A program made the translations under genes and the position numbers. From the NCBI RefSeq assembly GCF_028641065.1, contig NC_073396.1, positions 20,584,001 to 20,648,000 on the forward strand: a stretch of DNA of 64,000 nucleotides, given 5' to 3'. Origin of the DNA: Leucoraja erinacea. Lineage: Eukaryota. This document shows, piece after piece, positions 53,901-64,000 of this stretch (position 1 is the stretch's first letter; each line of letters opens with the position of its first letter). The notes beneath the pieces are model-generated. The model saw only the letters and a program-made list of their open reading frames with translations, had not been told where the DNA came from and searched no databases.

Positions 53901-56900
53901 TGGCTATGGTTTATTGGGGGACCCGGACCACTGCTGGTGAGGATGTGGGGAGGGGTTGGGGATTTGAACACGAGGACGTGGGTCCGCTCTGAAGCCAGGG
54001 CGGACGTTCGCCCTCTGCCCTTTGACACTGACTTGAACACGGTCCCTCACTCTCTTGCAGCTGAAGGCGCAGTTGCTGGGGCTGGTACTGAGCAGCCAGC
54101 GGCTGAACGAGACTTTGGACTCCATCTCGGATGCCATCGCCTGCCTGTCGTTCCCCCAGCTGGACTCGCTGTCCACGGAGTCGGTGCGGAGCGCCGCAAC
54201 CGTCCTCGGCACCGTCCGCGGCTGGACTCCCGGCCAGACACTCATCCTGGCCGACAAGTTCATGGGGGGCAACAAGGTGAGGGGTCATGGCACGTGCTCA
54301 GGGCCGTGCACAGCTCTGGTCACCCCTCGGCAGGGAGGGCGGGGCTGTGATGGGGAGTTTAGAAAGATGAGGGGGACCTCATTGAAACTTACCGAATAAT
54401 GAAAGGCCTGGATGTGGAGAGGATATTTCCACTTACAAGATACAAGATACATTTAATTGTCATTTGGACCCCTTGAGGTCCAAACGAAATGCCATTTCTG
54501 CAGCCATACATTACAAACACATAGACCCAAGACACAACATAATTTACATAAACATCCATCACATCGCTGTGATGGAAGGCCTAATAAACTTATCTCTCCA
54601 CTGCACTCTCCCCCCCCCCGATGTCAAAGTCAAAGCCCCCGGCTGGCGATGGCGATTGTCCCACGGCCATTAAAGCCACGCCGGGTGGTGCGAGGTCGCA
54701 CTTGCGGGAGAGTCTAGGACCAGAGGCTGTAGCCTCAGAATAAAAGGATGTACCTTTAGAAAGGAGATGAGGAGGAATTTCTCTAGTCAGTCGGTGGTGA
54801 ATCTGTGGAATTTATTGCCACAGACGGCTGTGGTGGCCAAGTCAGGTCTTTCCTGGAGTGAAGGAAGATGAGTCGTAGAATCATGGAGCCATAGAGCACG
54901 GAAACAGGCACTTTTGGCCCAAATTGTCACTAGTCCCATTTGGCCCATCATCCTCTAAACCATGATAGAGTGACCTAATAGAAGGCATAAAATGATGAGA
55001 GGCATAGATAGCGTAGATAGTCCAAATCTCTCTTCCCATGGCAGGGTATCAAAAACGAGGGCACGGTTTTAGGGACAGACGATGGAGTTTAAAAAAGATC
55101 TGGAATATTCAAATGGAGGGTGGTTGATATTTGGAACTCACTGGCAAAGGAGGTGGAGAAATCAGATGCAGTGACTGCATTTCAGAGTCATTTAGATGCA
55201 CACTTACACAGAAGTGGTACTAATGCTGGCAAATGGAATGAGTGTAGATTGGCATGTTAGCATAGACGTGATGGGCCAAAAGGCCATTGCTGTGACTCAA
55301 TGGGGGAACCGGGGGGGGGGGGGGGCACAGGCGCTGTAGAGTAAATCCTTTAGAGAGACCACCGATCACCTGACCAGATTGAACAGCCCAGTGGCACAGC
55401 TGGTAGAGCTTCTGCCTTGCAGCGCCAGGGACCCAGGTTTGATCCTGACCTGAGGTGCTGCCTTTGTAGAGTTTGCATGTTCTCCCTGTGACTGCATGGG
55501 TTTTCTCCAGGTGCATCTGGTTTCCTTAAATTGTTCCACCACGAGTCAACATAGATTCCGTGGGCTGAATGGCCTCCTGTAGGAATGCGGTGTGATGTTT
55601 GTCCAGGCCCGGGCTGGTTTTAACGACTTGTGGTTCCCTCCTGCAGCAACTGTCGCTGTTTGACCTCAGTCGGCTGGGAGTCCTGGTGCCGGGGGTCAGT
55701 GCGGACACTTTGTACAACACCAGCCCCCAGGATCTAGCGCAGGCTCTCCAACGGTCCCTGTCCCAGCACGGGGCCAGTCTCTCCCCCGGACAGCGACTGG
55801 CCGTGGTCACCCAGGTAACCGGCCCCCACCCTCTGTACGCCAGTGAGGGAGGGATGGGCAGGGAGGGCTGGGGAGGGGGATTGGGAGAGGGGAGGCGGGG
55901 TTGGGTTAGAGCAAGGGTGGGGTGGGAGAGCAAGAGCTGGATATGGACCGCGGGAGTAGCAGAAGAAGAAAAATAATGTGGTACGAGTGGGGAGAGAATG
56001 GGGGGGGGGGGGGCAATGGGAGGGAGTGTGGGAGGGGAAGGATGTGGAGGGTTGGAATGGTGAGAAAGTGGGAGTGGAGAATAAGAGAATGGAGAGAGGG
56101 AAATGGGAAGGAGATGTGTGATGAAAGAGTGCGGAGGGGCGGTGGGGCGGTGGGGAGAGGCAGGGGGAATAGGAGAGAGCAAAAAAAGTGGGCAGGGTAG
56201 AGAATGGGGGGAATTGAGAGAGGATGGTGTGAAAAGAGGGGATGGGGAGAGAAAATTAATTGGCAAGAAGCCTGAGTAAAATTGAAGGGCACAGTTGGCA
56301 GAGCAACTACATCCCAGCGCTAGAGACCCTGATCAATCCTGACCTGGAGTGCTGTCTGTGTGGAGATTGTATGTTCTCCTTGTGAGGGTTTCTTCCGGGT
56401 GCTCTAGTTTCCTTCCACATCCAGGCATGTTGGCCAGTGTGGGCAAGTTGGGCTGCAGGGCCTATTTCCACACTGTATCACACTATGACTCTACCCCAAA
56501 GACGTGCTGGTTTGTGGGTTAATTGGCACCTGTAAATTGCCCCTAGTGTGTAGGTAGTGGATGAGAAAGTGGGATAACACAGAATTAGTGTGAACGAGTG
56601 ATCAATTGTTGGAGTGGAGTCTGTGGGCCCTAGGTTTAAGAAAGAACTGCAGATGCTGTAAAAATCAAAGGTGAGGCAGCATCTATAGAGAGAAGGAATT
56701 GGCGACGTTCCGGGTTGAGACACTTCTTCAGACTGATGTCGGGTTTGGGGGGGGGGGGAGCGGGAAAGAGAATGGAAGTAGGCGGAGACAGTAGGACGTG
56801 GGAGAACTGGGAAGGGAGAGGGGAAGGAGGGAGAAAGCAAGGGCTATCTTGAGTTTCTCCAGCATTTTCTGTCTAGTTATTTGTCTACCTGTGGGCCCAA

Positions 56901-59900
56901 GGGCTTGTTTCCATGCTGCTTCTTTCAATCAATCAACCAAGAATTCAGCACAGGTCAGTGGTGAGACCTCTGATTATAATATATATAAATTACTTGGGTA
57001 TAAATGTAGATGGATTGGCTACAAGATTGCAGATGACACAAAATTTGGTGGAATGATGCAGGCTGTCTAAGGATGTAGCAGATATCAGTTCCGGACATGG
57101 GCAGAGAAATGGCAGATGGAGTTTAATCCAAGCAACTGTGAGGTGTTTCTCTTTGGGAGGTCGATTGTAATTGGAAAGTTTACGGTTAATGGCATGAGCC
57201 TTGGAGCATTGGTGTACAGATTGATCTTGGTCATCTTGTGTCCTTGGACCACGGCTGTGAACATTTATTCTCTTTTCAGATTGCCGCTTCCTGGAATGTG
57301 TCCTCTGTGCTGGACCTGTTGAACAGTTCCTTCTTAAAAGAGCTGCCCCTGTACAACCTGCTTCATATGACGAGCTACAATGTCAGCCACCTAAACCAGA
57401 AGGAGCTGAGGAAAAGTCAGGTGGGCTGTCTACTTGCCGTGCCTGAGTACCATCCGGAATGGTTATTCACTCCTGCACAAACCTGCCAAAACAGATCCAA
57501 CCACTTGTTTCAAAACAAAATGTACAGAGCCATTTGTTTAAAACTTTGCTTTATTAGTTATAAAAATAGTGCTTATCTGACTCAATACCTTTTCAATGCC
57601 ACTATCGTATCTACTTCCACCACCACCCCGGCAACATTTTCTAGGCACCCAGCACTCTCTGTGCGACAAAAAGCTCTGTACATCTTTGCCCCTCTCACCT
57701 TAAAGCTACGTCATCTAGCCAATCACCAATCATCGTAATGCAAGGCCCTCTAATCAAACTGTGCCAATCTTGGTGTAAATAAAAATAGATCTGCACATCT
57801 CCTTTAAACTTTCCCATCTCACTGTAAAGCTATGCCCTCCAGTTTCTCTGCTGCTGCGCTGGATTGCCCCAGTCACTGAGTCTCAGGGCAGTGTTGGCTG
57901 CCAATTTGCTCTCTTGCTCAGCACCCTCTCCTTCTCACCCACAGGCGTTGTTCCTTTACCACCTAATGTCTGACACGATGCCTGTGCAAGAGATCCTCGG
58001 GTAAGCAACACGCGGTGAAATATGTTCCCCTTCATCTTCCACCTGGCAGGTCTCGAGACCATTGGCTTACATAAGAAACCGATTCAAAAACCATTCGAGG
58101 TGGTCAGCCTTTCACTTAATGGGTTCTCATCTTTGTTCCTCCCTCTTTCTGTGACTGGCTTGGTCTCTGTCTCTCTCCCTCACGCAATCTCTTTTTTCTG
58201 AGAGAAGAAGAGTTCTGATCCGAAATGTCGCCTATTCTTTTTTTTCAGAGATGCTGCCTGACCCGCTGAGTTACTCCAGCATTTTGTGTTTCTTATCTTT
58301 CTCTCTATCTCTCCCTTTATCCCCCTTTCTGTTTCTCTCTATGTTTGTTTGTTTCTCACTCTGCTTTCTGCCTGTCTGTTCCTCTCCCCTCTGTATCTCT
58401 CTTTCTTAGTCTTCCTCCTTTTACCTCACTTACCCTCCCTTTTTCTCTGTGCCTGTATCCACCTGTTGTTCTTTCCCACTCTCTCTTTGTTGCTCTCTTA
58501 TTCCCTCTTCTTTTCCACCTCTCTCTCTGCTTCTCTCTGTCTATCACTCTTTCTCTCTCCTACTCTCTCTCCTTCTGCCTTTTCCCTTCTCCTTCCCTCT
58601 CTGCTCCCTCCCCCTCCTCGATCTTTCCCTCTCTCTCCCCTTGATGGAGGGTTGGCGTAGGAAACCTTCCTGCTCTCTTCCCTCCAGCTGAGCGACCTTC
58701 GATGCTTTGTTCCGTGCGAGAGGTGGTCCCGTTGATGGTGCAGATCCAACCCCACCCATCCAGTTCAAGGACTTGTCACCCACCCTGCACCCACGGCCAC
58801 TGAAACCCCGTGTCACACGGTCCCTACATGCCGGAGGACCCAGCTTGACCCTCTTGCACTTCTCTTCTGCTTGCCCAGGTGCGGGCAGCTGGTGAGAGGT
58901 GTGACCTGCGATCACCTCCGAGCCCTGGACCCAGCAACCTTCTGGCAGCTCGATGGCCTACTCCGGGGCAGTCTCTCCCTGCTCTCCCCACTCCAGGTAA
59001 GTGAGAGGCGCCTCTGGGCCTTTACTCACTGGAGTTTAGAAAGATGACGGTGGACATTGAAACTTACCAAATAGTGAAAGGCTTGGGTAGAGTGGTGACA
59101 TTGAAACTTACCAAATAGTGAAAGGCTTGGGTAGAGTGGATGTGAAGAAGATGTTTCACTAGTGGGAGATTCTAGGACTTAGATTAAGAGGATGTACCTT
59201 TAGAAAGGAGATGAGGAGGAATTTCTTTAGTCAGAGGGTGGAGTAACTCAGTGGAATGGCACTTTCCCCTAGAACTTATGAACTCTCACTGCCCCTTTAA
59301 ACTGTCATACCGTCGACCACCCTCCAGCAAGATCCCACGGCTTCCAGAACTGAACTGCCCAAGATACGGTGGACAGAATATCCAGTATCAACAGGATGCT
59401 CCCTTGTATTAGAGAGCTTTGGATACATGGAGAGGTTGGACAGACTTGTTTGTTTTCTCTGGAACGCCAGAGGTTGAGGGGAGACTTGATAGAAGTATAT
59501 AAAACTATGAGAAGCATGGATAGGGTAGACAGTCAGAACCTTTTACCGGGTTGGAAATGTCAGCAAGTACCCGGGTGCGTCAGCGACATGGGAAGATGGG
59601 GTGGGGTGGGGGAAGGTCGGAGAAAACGCTTGGACTGAATCCTTCTTTTTTCTGGTCCAGTACCCGTGTTCTGGCCATGGCCCCTCGAAGCATCTGCAAA
59701 CCTCTGTTAATCGCCCTGGGCAGGGTTGAGCTGTCATCTATCGTTCCCCAACCAGCAAAAAGAGCGGAGGTGATGGAGAGTGTGCTCTGGTGCCTGGTGA
59801 GTTCCAGCCCACTTGGACAATGTTTGGGGGTATGTGGATCAAATGGGACCCAAAGACATGTGGGTCGGTGATTTTCAGAGGCATTTAGTTAGGCATAGGG

Positions 59901-62900
59901 ATTTGGATCACGTTAGGGGCACCGCAGTGGTAGAGATGCTGCCTTACAGCGCCAGAGATCCGCGTTCGACCCTGACCTCGGGTGCTGCCTGTACAGAGTT
60001 TGTACATTCTCCCTGTGACCATATGGGTTTTCTCCAGGTGCTCCGGTTTCCTCTCACACTCCAAAGATGTACAGAGGATTGTAGGTTAATTGGCTGCTGT
60101 AAAATTGTAAATTGTCCCTAGTGTGTGGGATAGTGCTAGTGTACGGGGTGATTGCTGGTCGGTGTGGATTCAGTGGGCCGAAGGGCATGTTTCAATGCTG
60201 TATCTCTAAAGTTAAGTCAGTCAGAGGAGATTAGTTTATCTTGGCATCATGTTTGACATGGACATTGTGGGCCGAAGGGCCTGTTCCTATGCTGTATTGT
60301 TCTATATTCAATGGGGGAGTGATTAAAATTTGGGGACAGGACAGTATTTGGAGGGAGGTTATAGAGCTGGAAAGATTACAGAGATAATGAGGTGGAGGAC
60401 AGAAATGGAATACAGGCATGAGCTGAACATGAGATATCAGTGGGTCAGCGCACACAGTACAATGGCAGACATGGCGTGTCTGTTTTAAAGGGATTGCATT
60501 TAGTTGCAATAACATAATAACAATGAACTGCAGATGCTGGCTTTTACCAAAACTAGACACATCGTGATGGAATAACTCGGCGGGTTAGGCGGCATCTCTA
60601 GTGAAAAAGGACAGTTGACCTTTCAGGCCAGGATCCTTCAGATATGCAATTGTGTGTTTTAACATTTATTTTAGAACTACACGATCCAGGATGAGTATGA
60701 TGTGGACATCCTGGGCAGAACTATCTGTTATCTGTCTCCTGACTTCATCAGGACCATCACCTCCAACAAGGCCCTGAACGAAGCACTCATCCATTTCAGG
60801 ATTTGTCGGAATCTCAGCCCCGCCCAGAAGAGGGAAGTTCGGAACAAGATCCAGGAATATTACGGGTAAGAAGTAGGATATGTCCCAAGGAACGTGTCCG
60901 TGTGGTGAGGGTTGGGGGCTGTTATCACTGAATGTTTTGTTTACTTTTTAGTTTGGTTCAGTTTGAAATGCCTCTGAAAGGCCCTTTGGCGCACCGATTC
61001 CACGCCGACCAGTTATCACCCCGTACACTAGTCCTATCTTACACACTAGGGACAATTTACAGAAGCCAATTAATCTACAAAATAGTACGTCTTTGGAATG
61101 TGGGAGGAAACTGGAGCACCCGGAGAAAGCTTACACAGGCACAGGGATAGCGTACAAACTCCTCACAGACAGCAGGTAGCACCCGTAGTCGGGATTGCAC
61201 TGGCCTCTGGCGCTGTAAAGTAGCAACTCTACCGCTGCACCACTGTGCTGCCCTTTTAGTACTCCACGGTCCCATGTAGAGTGGAATTCCAATACAGTTT
61301 TTCCCCATATCCCTTCAGTCTGAAGAAGTGTCCCGCCCCAAAGCATCACCTGTCCATTCCCTCCACAGATGCTGCTTGACCCGCTGAGTTCCACCAGCAC
61401 TTTGTGTTTTTCTCTGGGACAAGGATTGTTTGAACAAGTGAGAGTTGAGAGGGTAGCACAGTGGCGCCATGAACACACAAGCCCACTGACACCCCACCCC
61501 GTGCACACCACCCCGTTTGGAATAATTCAAATTCCCAAGAGACGTGTCCAGAGGCTGCAGCACCCAGCCATTCCCCAATCCCGCCCAGCAACCCCAGCCA
61601 ATAGAATGTAGCCGACCAGGGAAATGTCCCAGGCACTGTCTGAAGAAGGGTCCCGACCCGAAAGGTCACCCATCCACTCCCTCCATAAATGATGCCTGCT
61701 TTCCTGCTTTGTGTTTTGCTCAGGATTCCAGCAACTACAGTTTCTTGTGTCTCCTTCATTCCTTTGGTTAGGAGTCCAGGCAATTATCCCCACATTTCCT
61801 GGAATGTTTTTCTGTTGCAGGGATCCAACTGCCTGGCAGCCTGAACTGATGCAGGATCTGGGGCCACTGGTTACACTCTTGTCAAGGGAAGACCTGACCA
61901 CTGTCGCTGAGAAGGTATTGGTTTATTATTGTCGCGTGTACCAGGATACAGTGTGGAAACTGTGTTTGCGTGCTTTCCAGCCAAATCATACTATGTAGTA
62001 GTTGTAGTAGTAGTAGTAGTAGTAGTAGTTGTAGTAGGCCCCCCTCGGTCATGACTCTCGGTTGATTTTCTTGAGGTTTACTCCTGGAGCCTTTTCAATG
62101 ACTGGATATGACCACAAGGCAGTGGAAGTTTTAAATCAGAGTTTTCCCTCTCCAAGATGAACTGCCTTCCCAGGCTGACGAGCCGCATCTGCCCAAGACT
62201 CACGGGGGCGGGAGCGTCTACCTTCCCGTGCAGGTCTCTAGCACCTGCCCACTGCCCATCATACTATATAAGAGTTCAATTAAACAATGCACAAGTACAA
62301 TAGGTAGTGCAAAGAGAAAAATACCAGGTAGAATATAGCAGTACATATAGTACAGGTACAGTACTATAGCAGAATATAACAGCACGTATAGTACTATAGT
62401 ACAGGTACAGTACTATAGCAGAATATAACAGCACATATAGTACTATAGTACAATACTATAGCAGAATATAGTACCTGTATTACAGCTACAGAGAAACGCA
62501 GCTTAAAATAAAAGTGCAAGGGCCACAATGAGGTAGGTTGGAAGATTGGGGCACATCACCGCCATCTTGAGGGCAATGAGGGATGGTAGATAAATGAAGG
62601 CATAAAGAGTTTGTACCTTGTGTGTAGGATACTGCAAGAGCACGGGGTGATTGCTGGTCGCCACGAACTCGGTGGGCTGAAAGACCTATCCCACACTATC
62701 GAATGTTTAAAGTTTTGAAAGCACGTATCACCAGACTCAAACAGCTTCTTCCCTGCTGTTACCAGACCACTGAAAGACCCTCCCATAAGCTAAGGGTGCA
62801 ATCCTGATCTCCCAACCTACTTCATTGCAGTCCTTTCTCTTTGCTCTACCTGTTGTACTTGTGTAGGGCTTGACAATGCTGCTTTGAACAAGCGCCATCC

Positions 62901-64000
62901 TGGACTCTGGGCCGAATGGCCTCATTCTCTGCTGCAGCCTTCACTGGTTGCAAATACAATGTCGGCAGAACTGTGTTGCCGACTGCAAGATGGTCCCAGT
63001 AGCCAATGCTTCTCGGTGTGTTTAACCCTCTTCATTGAGTTATGTATCCTCCACAGTTTCCTGACATCCTGCTACAGTTAGCATTGGATGTGGAAGGTAC
63101 GGCTGTTTCTGAGGACTTCCTCGCGGCAGTGTTTCATGCTCTCAAGAGGACCATTGGGACCATTACACCCTCCAATATGCCTCCAGGTGAATCACTCTTT
63201 CTCTCCCCATCACTACGCTCGTTGGAAAGCAGCCTAACTCTCTGTCTGAAGGTCTTCCCTTCAGAAGAGCTTTCTGTGTGCGACTAATGGCCATTTCTAT
63301 TTTTTGTTTACCCTCATCGATTGAAAGATTCAGCCTGGAAACAACCCTTTCAGCCCATTCAGTTCACGCAGACCGTCAATCACCCATCCAAAGTAGAATA
63401 TAAAGTGCTGGAGTAACTCACTGAGTCAGGCAGCATTTCTGGAGAACATGGATAGGCGATGTTTTCGGTCGGGGCCCTTCTTCCCTTTCCAATGCAGGTC
63501 AGACAGGGTCTGAAGAAGGTCCAAACCTCCAAAGATGCTGGCTGACCGGCTGAGTTACTCCAGCACTTTGTGTTCTATGCAAGATTGCAGCATCCGTAGT
63601 TGTTTGTGTCTACCTGCACACACTAGTTCTATGTTATCCCCCTTTCTCATCCACTCTCAACACTCATGGGGCAACTTATAGAGAGCCATTTCTTTGGGAT
63701 GTAGGAAGAAACCCACGCAGTCACAGGGAGAACTGCAATCTCCACACAGACAGCACCCGAAGACAGGATTGAACCGTGGTGTGTGAAGGCGTGCTCTGTG
63801 ACACTGGTACAACCTGGTGTTGGGTCCACATCCACGGTGCGGTGATGAAGTGTTGCTCTCTCCGTCTCTCCCCAGGCTGTGGCGGGACTCGAACTCCATC
63901 CTCCGAGCACATCCTCAAGCTGGCGGACGCCAACTCCCTTTGGTCAGCCGGCGAGCTGCGCTGCCTGTCCCCGGAGACGTTTGTACGGAGTGTCGAGCTC
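44900..64000 (+). CDS. OTOA: Otoancorin (mesothelin/stereocilin family); runs off the 3' end of the window (whole-gene span)
   Basis: 21 exons with OTOA-like peptides, e.g. VFKELYD...SQRAIYEW, NYDNATKQLDSVYDITP, RLGLLVCFF, IKCSRLKGFQA, GQLVRGVTC, DEYDVDILG, FPDILLQ. Lies downstream of METTL9, as in mammals. Confidence 0.93.
46413..46441 (+). CDS. OTOA: OTOA microexon (29 nt)
   Basis: ttcctcttacag acceptor; (K)LPAEVQQIL; |gttagt; phase 1-0. Confidence 0.7.
46527..46557 (+). CDS. OTOA: OTOA microexon (31 nt)
   Basis: DQLLDGKYIE, similar to mammalian EEIIDGSYLN; G|gtgaga. Confidence 0.78.
46942..46969 (+). CDS. OTOA: OTOA microexon (28 nt)
   Basis: Strong pyrimidine tract; (G)TVHAIEYL; AG|gtacga; phase 1-2. 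Confidence 0.75.
47681..47759 (+). CDS. OTOA: OTOA exon
   Basis: KHPIEDHQAAMLRYLHSRGSSLHSLQ; phase 2-0. Confidence 0.8.
48521..48652 (+). CDS. OTOA: OTOA exon
   Basis: ASYTDYFAGIGRRPRQLAAHLRHLDTRSF...; 132 nt, phase 0-0. Confidence 0.8.
49883..50115 (+). CDS. OTOA: OTOA exon
   Basis: ...LRTPGGHRSLFVTAWEKC...HLPLDLPEEIFRN. Confidence 0.9.
50959..51062 (+). CDS. OTOA: OTOA exon
   Basis: TAVFKELYDDMTARSQRAIYEWIRQIL. Confidence 0.92.
51176..51273 (+). CDS. OTOA: OTOA exon (NAGNAG acceptor, 51176 or 51179)
   Basis: APWIVAENLWFLGRFVVHLPPEEIQKISLNE. Confidence 0.9.
52073..52212 (+). CDS. OTOA: OTOA exon
   Basis: IRHFINYDNATKQLDSVYDITPTTARAFQERIN. Confidence 0.93.
53218..53341 (+). CDS. OTOA: OTOA exon
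   Basis: LGLLVCFFDNVQELD...QMIKCSRLKGFQADVKK. Confidence 0.93.
54061..54276 (+). CDS. OTOA: OTOA exon
   Basis: LKAQLL...LNETLDSISDAI...GWTPGQTLILADKF. Confidence 0.93.
55647..55814 (+). CDS. OTOA: OTOA exon
   Basis: QLSLFDLSRLGVLVPGVS...LSPGQRLAVVTQ. Confidence 0.9.
57280..57420 (+). CDS. OTOA: OTOA exon
   Basis: IAASWNV...FLKELPLYNL...KELRKSQ. Confidence 0.9.
57945..58000 (+). CDS. OTOA: OTOA exon
   Basis: ALFLYHLMSDTMPVQEIL; GG|gtaagc. Confidence 0.9.
58879..58996 (+). CDS. OTOA: OTOA exon
   Basis: CGQLVRGVTCDHLRAL...LLSPLQ; gtaagt donor. Confidence 0.92.
59661..59796 (+). CDS. OTOA: OTOA exon
   Basis: TRVLAMAPRSICKPLLIALGRVEL...VLWCL; starts in phase 2. Confidence 0.85.
59916..60212 (+). 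mobile_element. HE1/V-SINE
   Basis: Full consensus; others at ~52376, 53556 and 55385. Confidence 0.8.
60675..60865 (+). CDS. OTOA: OTOA exon
   Basis: NYTIQDEYDVDILGRTICYL...LSPAQKREVR...YG. Confidence 0.92.
61821..61914 (+). CDS. OTOA: OTOA exon
   Basis: DPTAWQPELMQDLGPLVTLLSREDLTTVAEK. Confidence 0.92.
61995..62257 (-). mobile_element. Short RTE-related retroposon with a (CTA)n tail
   Basis: 10-bp TSD atcatactat at 61985-61994 and 62258-62267; (TAG)n tract on + strand is the 3' tail; ggagagggaaaactctgattt resembles the conserved RTE 5' region (recalled). Confidence 0.7.
62325..62480. repeat. AT-rich tandem repeat (~49-bp period, gtactatagcagaatata)
   Basis: Directly visible. Confidence 0.8.
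63057..63186 (+). CDS. OTOA: OTOA exon
   Basis: FPDILLQLALDV...DFLAAVFHAL...MPP. Confidence 0.92.
63876..64000 (+). CDS. OTOA: OTOA exon (truncated by the window end)
   Basis: GCGGTRTPSSEHILKLADANSLWSAGELRCLSPETFVRSVEL. Confidence 0.9.

Overview
This is eukaryotic, intron-rich genomic DNA from a cartilaginous fish, probably a skate or ray, judged from its HE1/V-SINE, CR1, Penelope and Rex1-type repeats. Four spliced protein-coding genes can be reconstructed. (1) An MFSD13/TMEM180-family MFS transporter (+, 6 coding exons, 10263-18487, 467 aa), probably the MFSD13B orthologue by synteny. (2) METTL9 (+, 5 exons, ~23953/24016-41513). (3) IGSF6 (-, 6 exons, 40545-33242, 239 aa), nested antisense in the last METTL9 intron. 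(4) The 5' part of OTOA/otoancorin (+, 44900 to the window end, 21 exons found, one apparently missing). Mobile DNA includes a young CR1 LINE with a tandemly repeated, chimeric 5' region (4285-9800). There is also a DIRS1-type tyrosine-recombinase retrotransposon that has lost its recombinase (24405-28126), a Harbinger-like MITE with a TTA target-site duplication (TSD), and a long foldback element. An RTE-like short element has a 10-bp TSD. Numerous Penelope-derived palindromic repeats carry hammerhead-ribozyme-like cores. Gene identities come from recalled similarity to vertebrate proteins; no database search was run.
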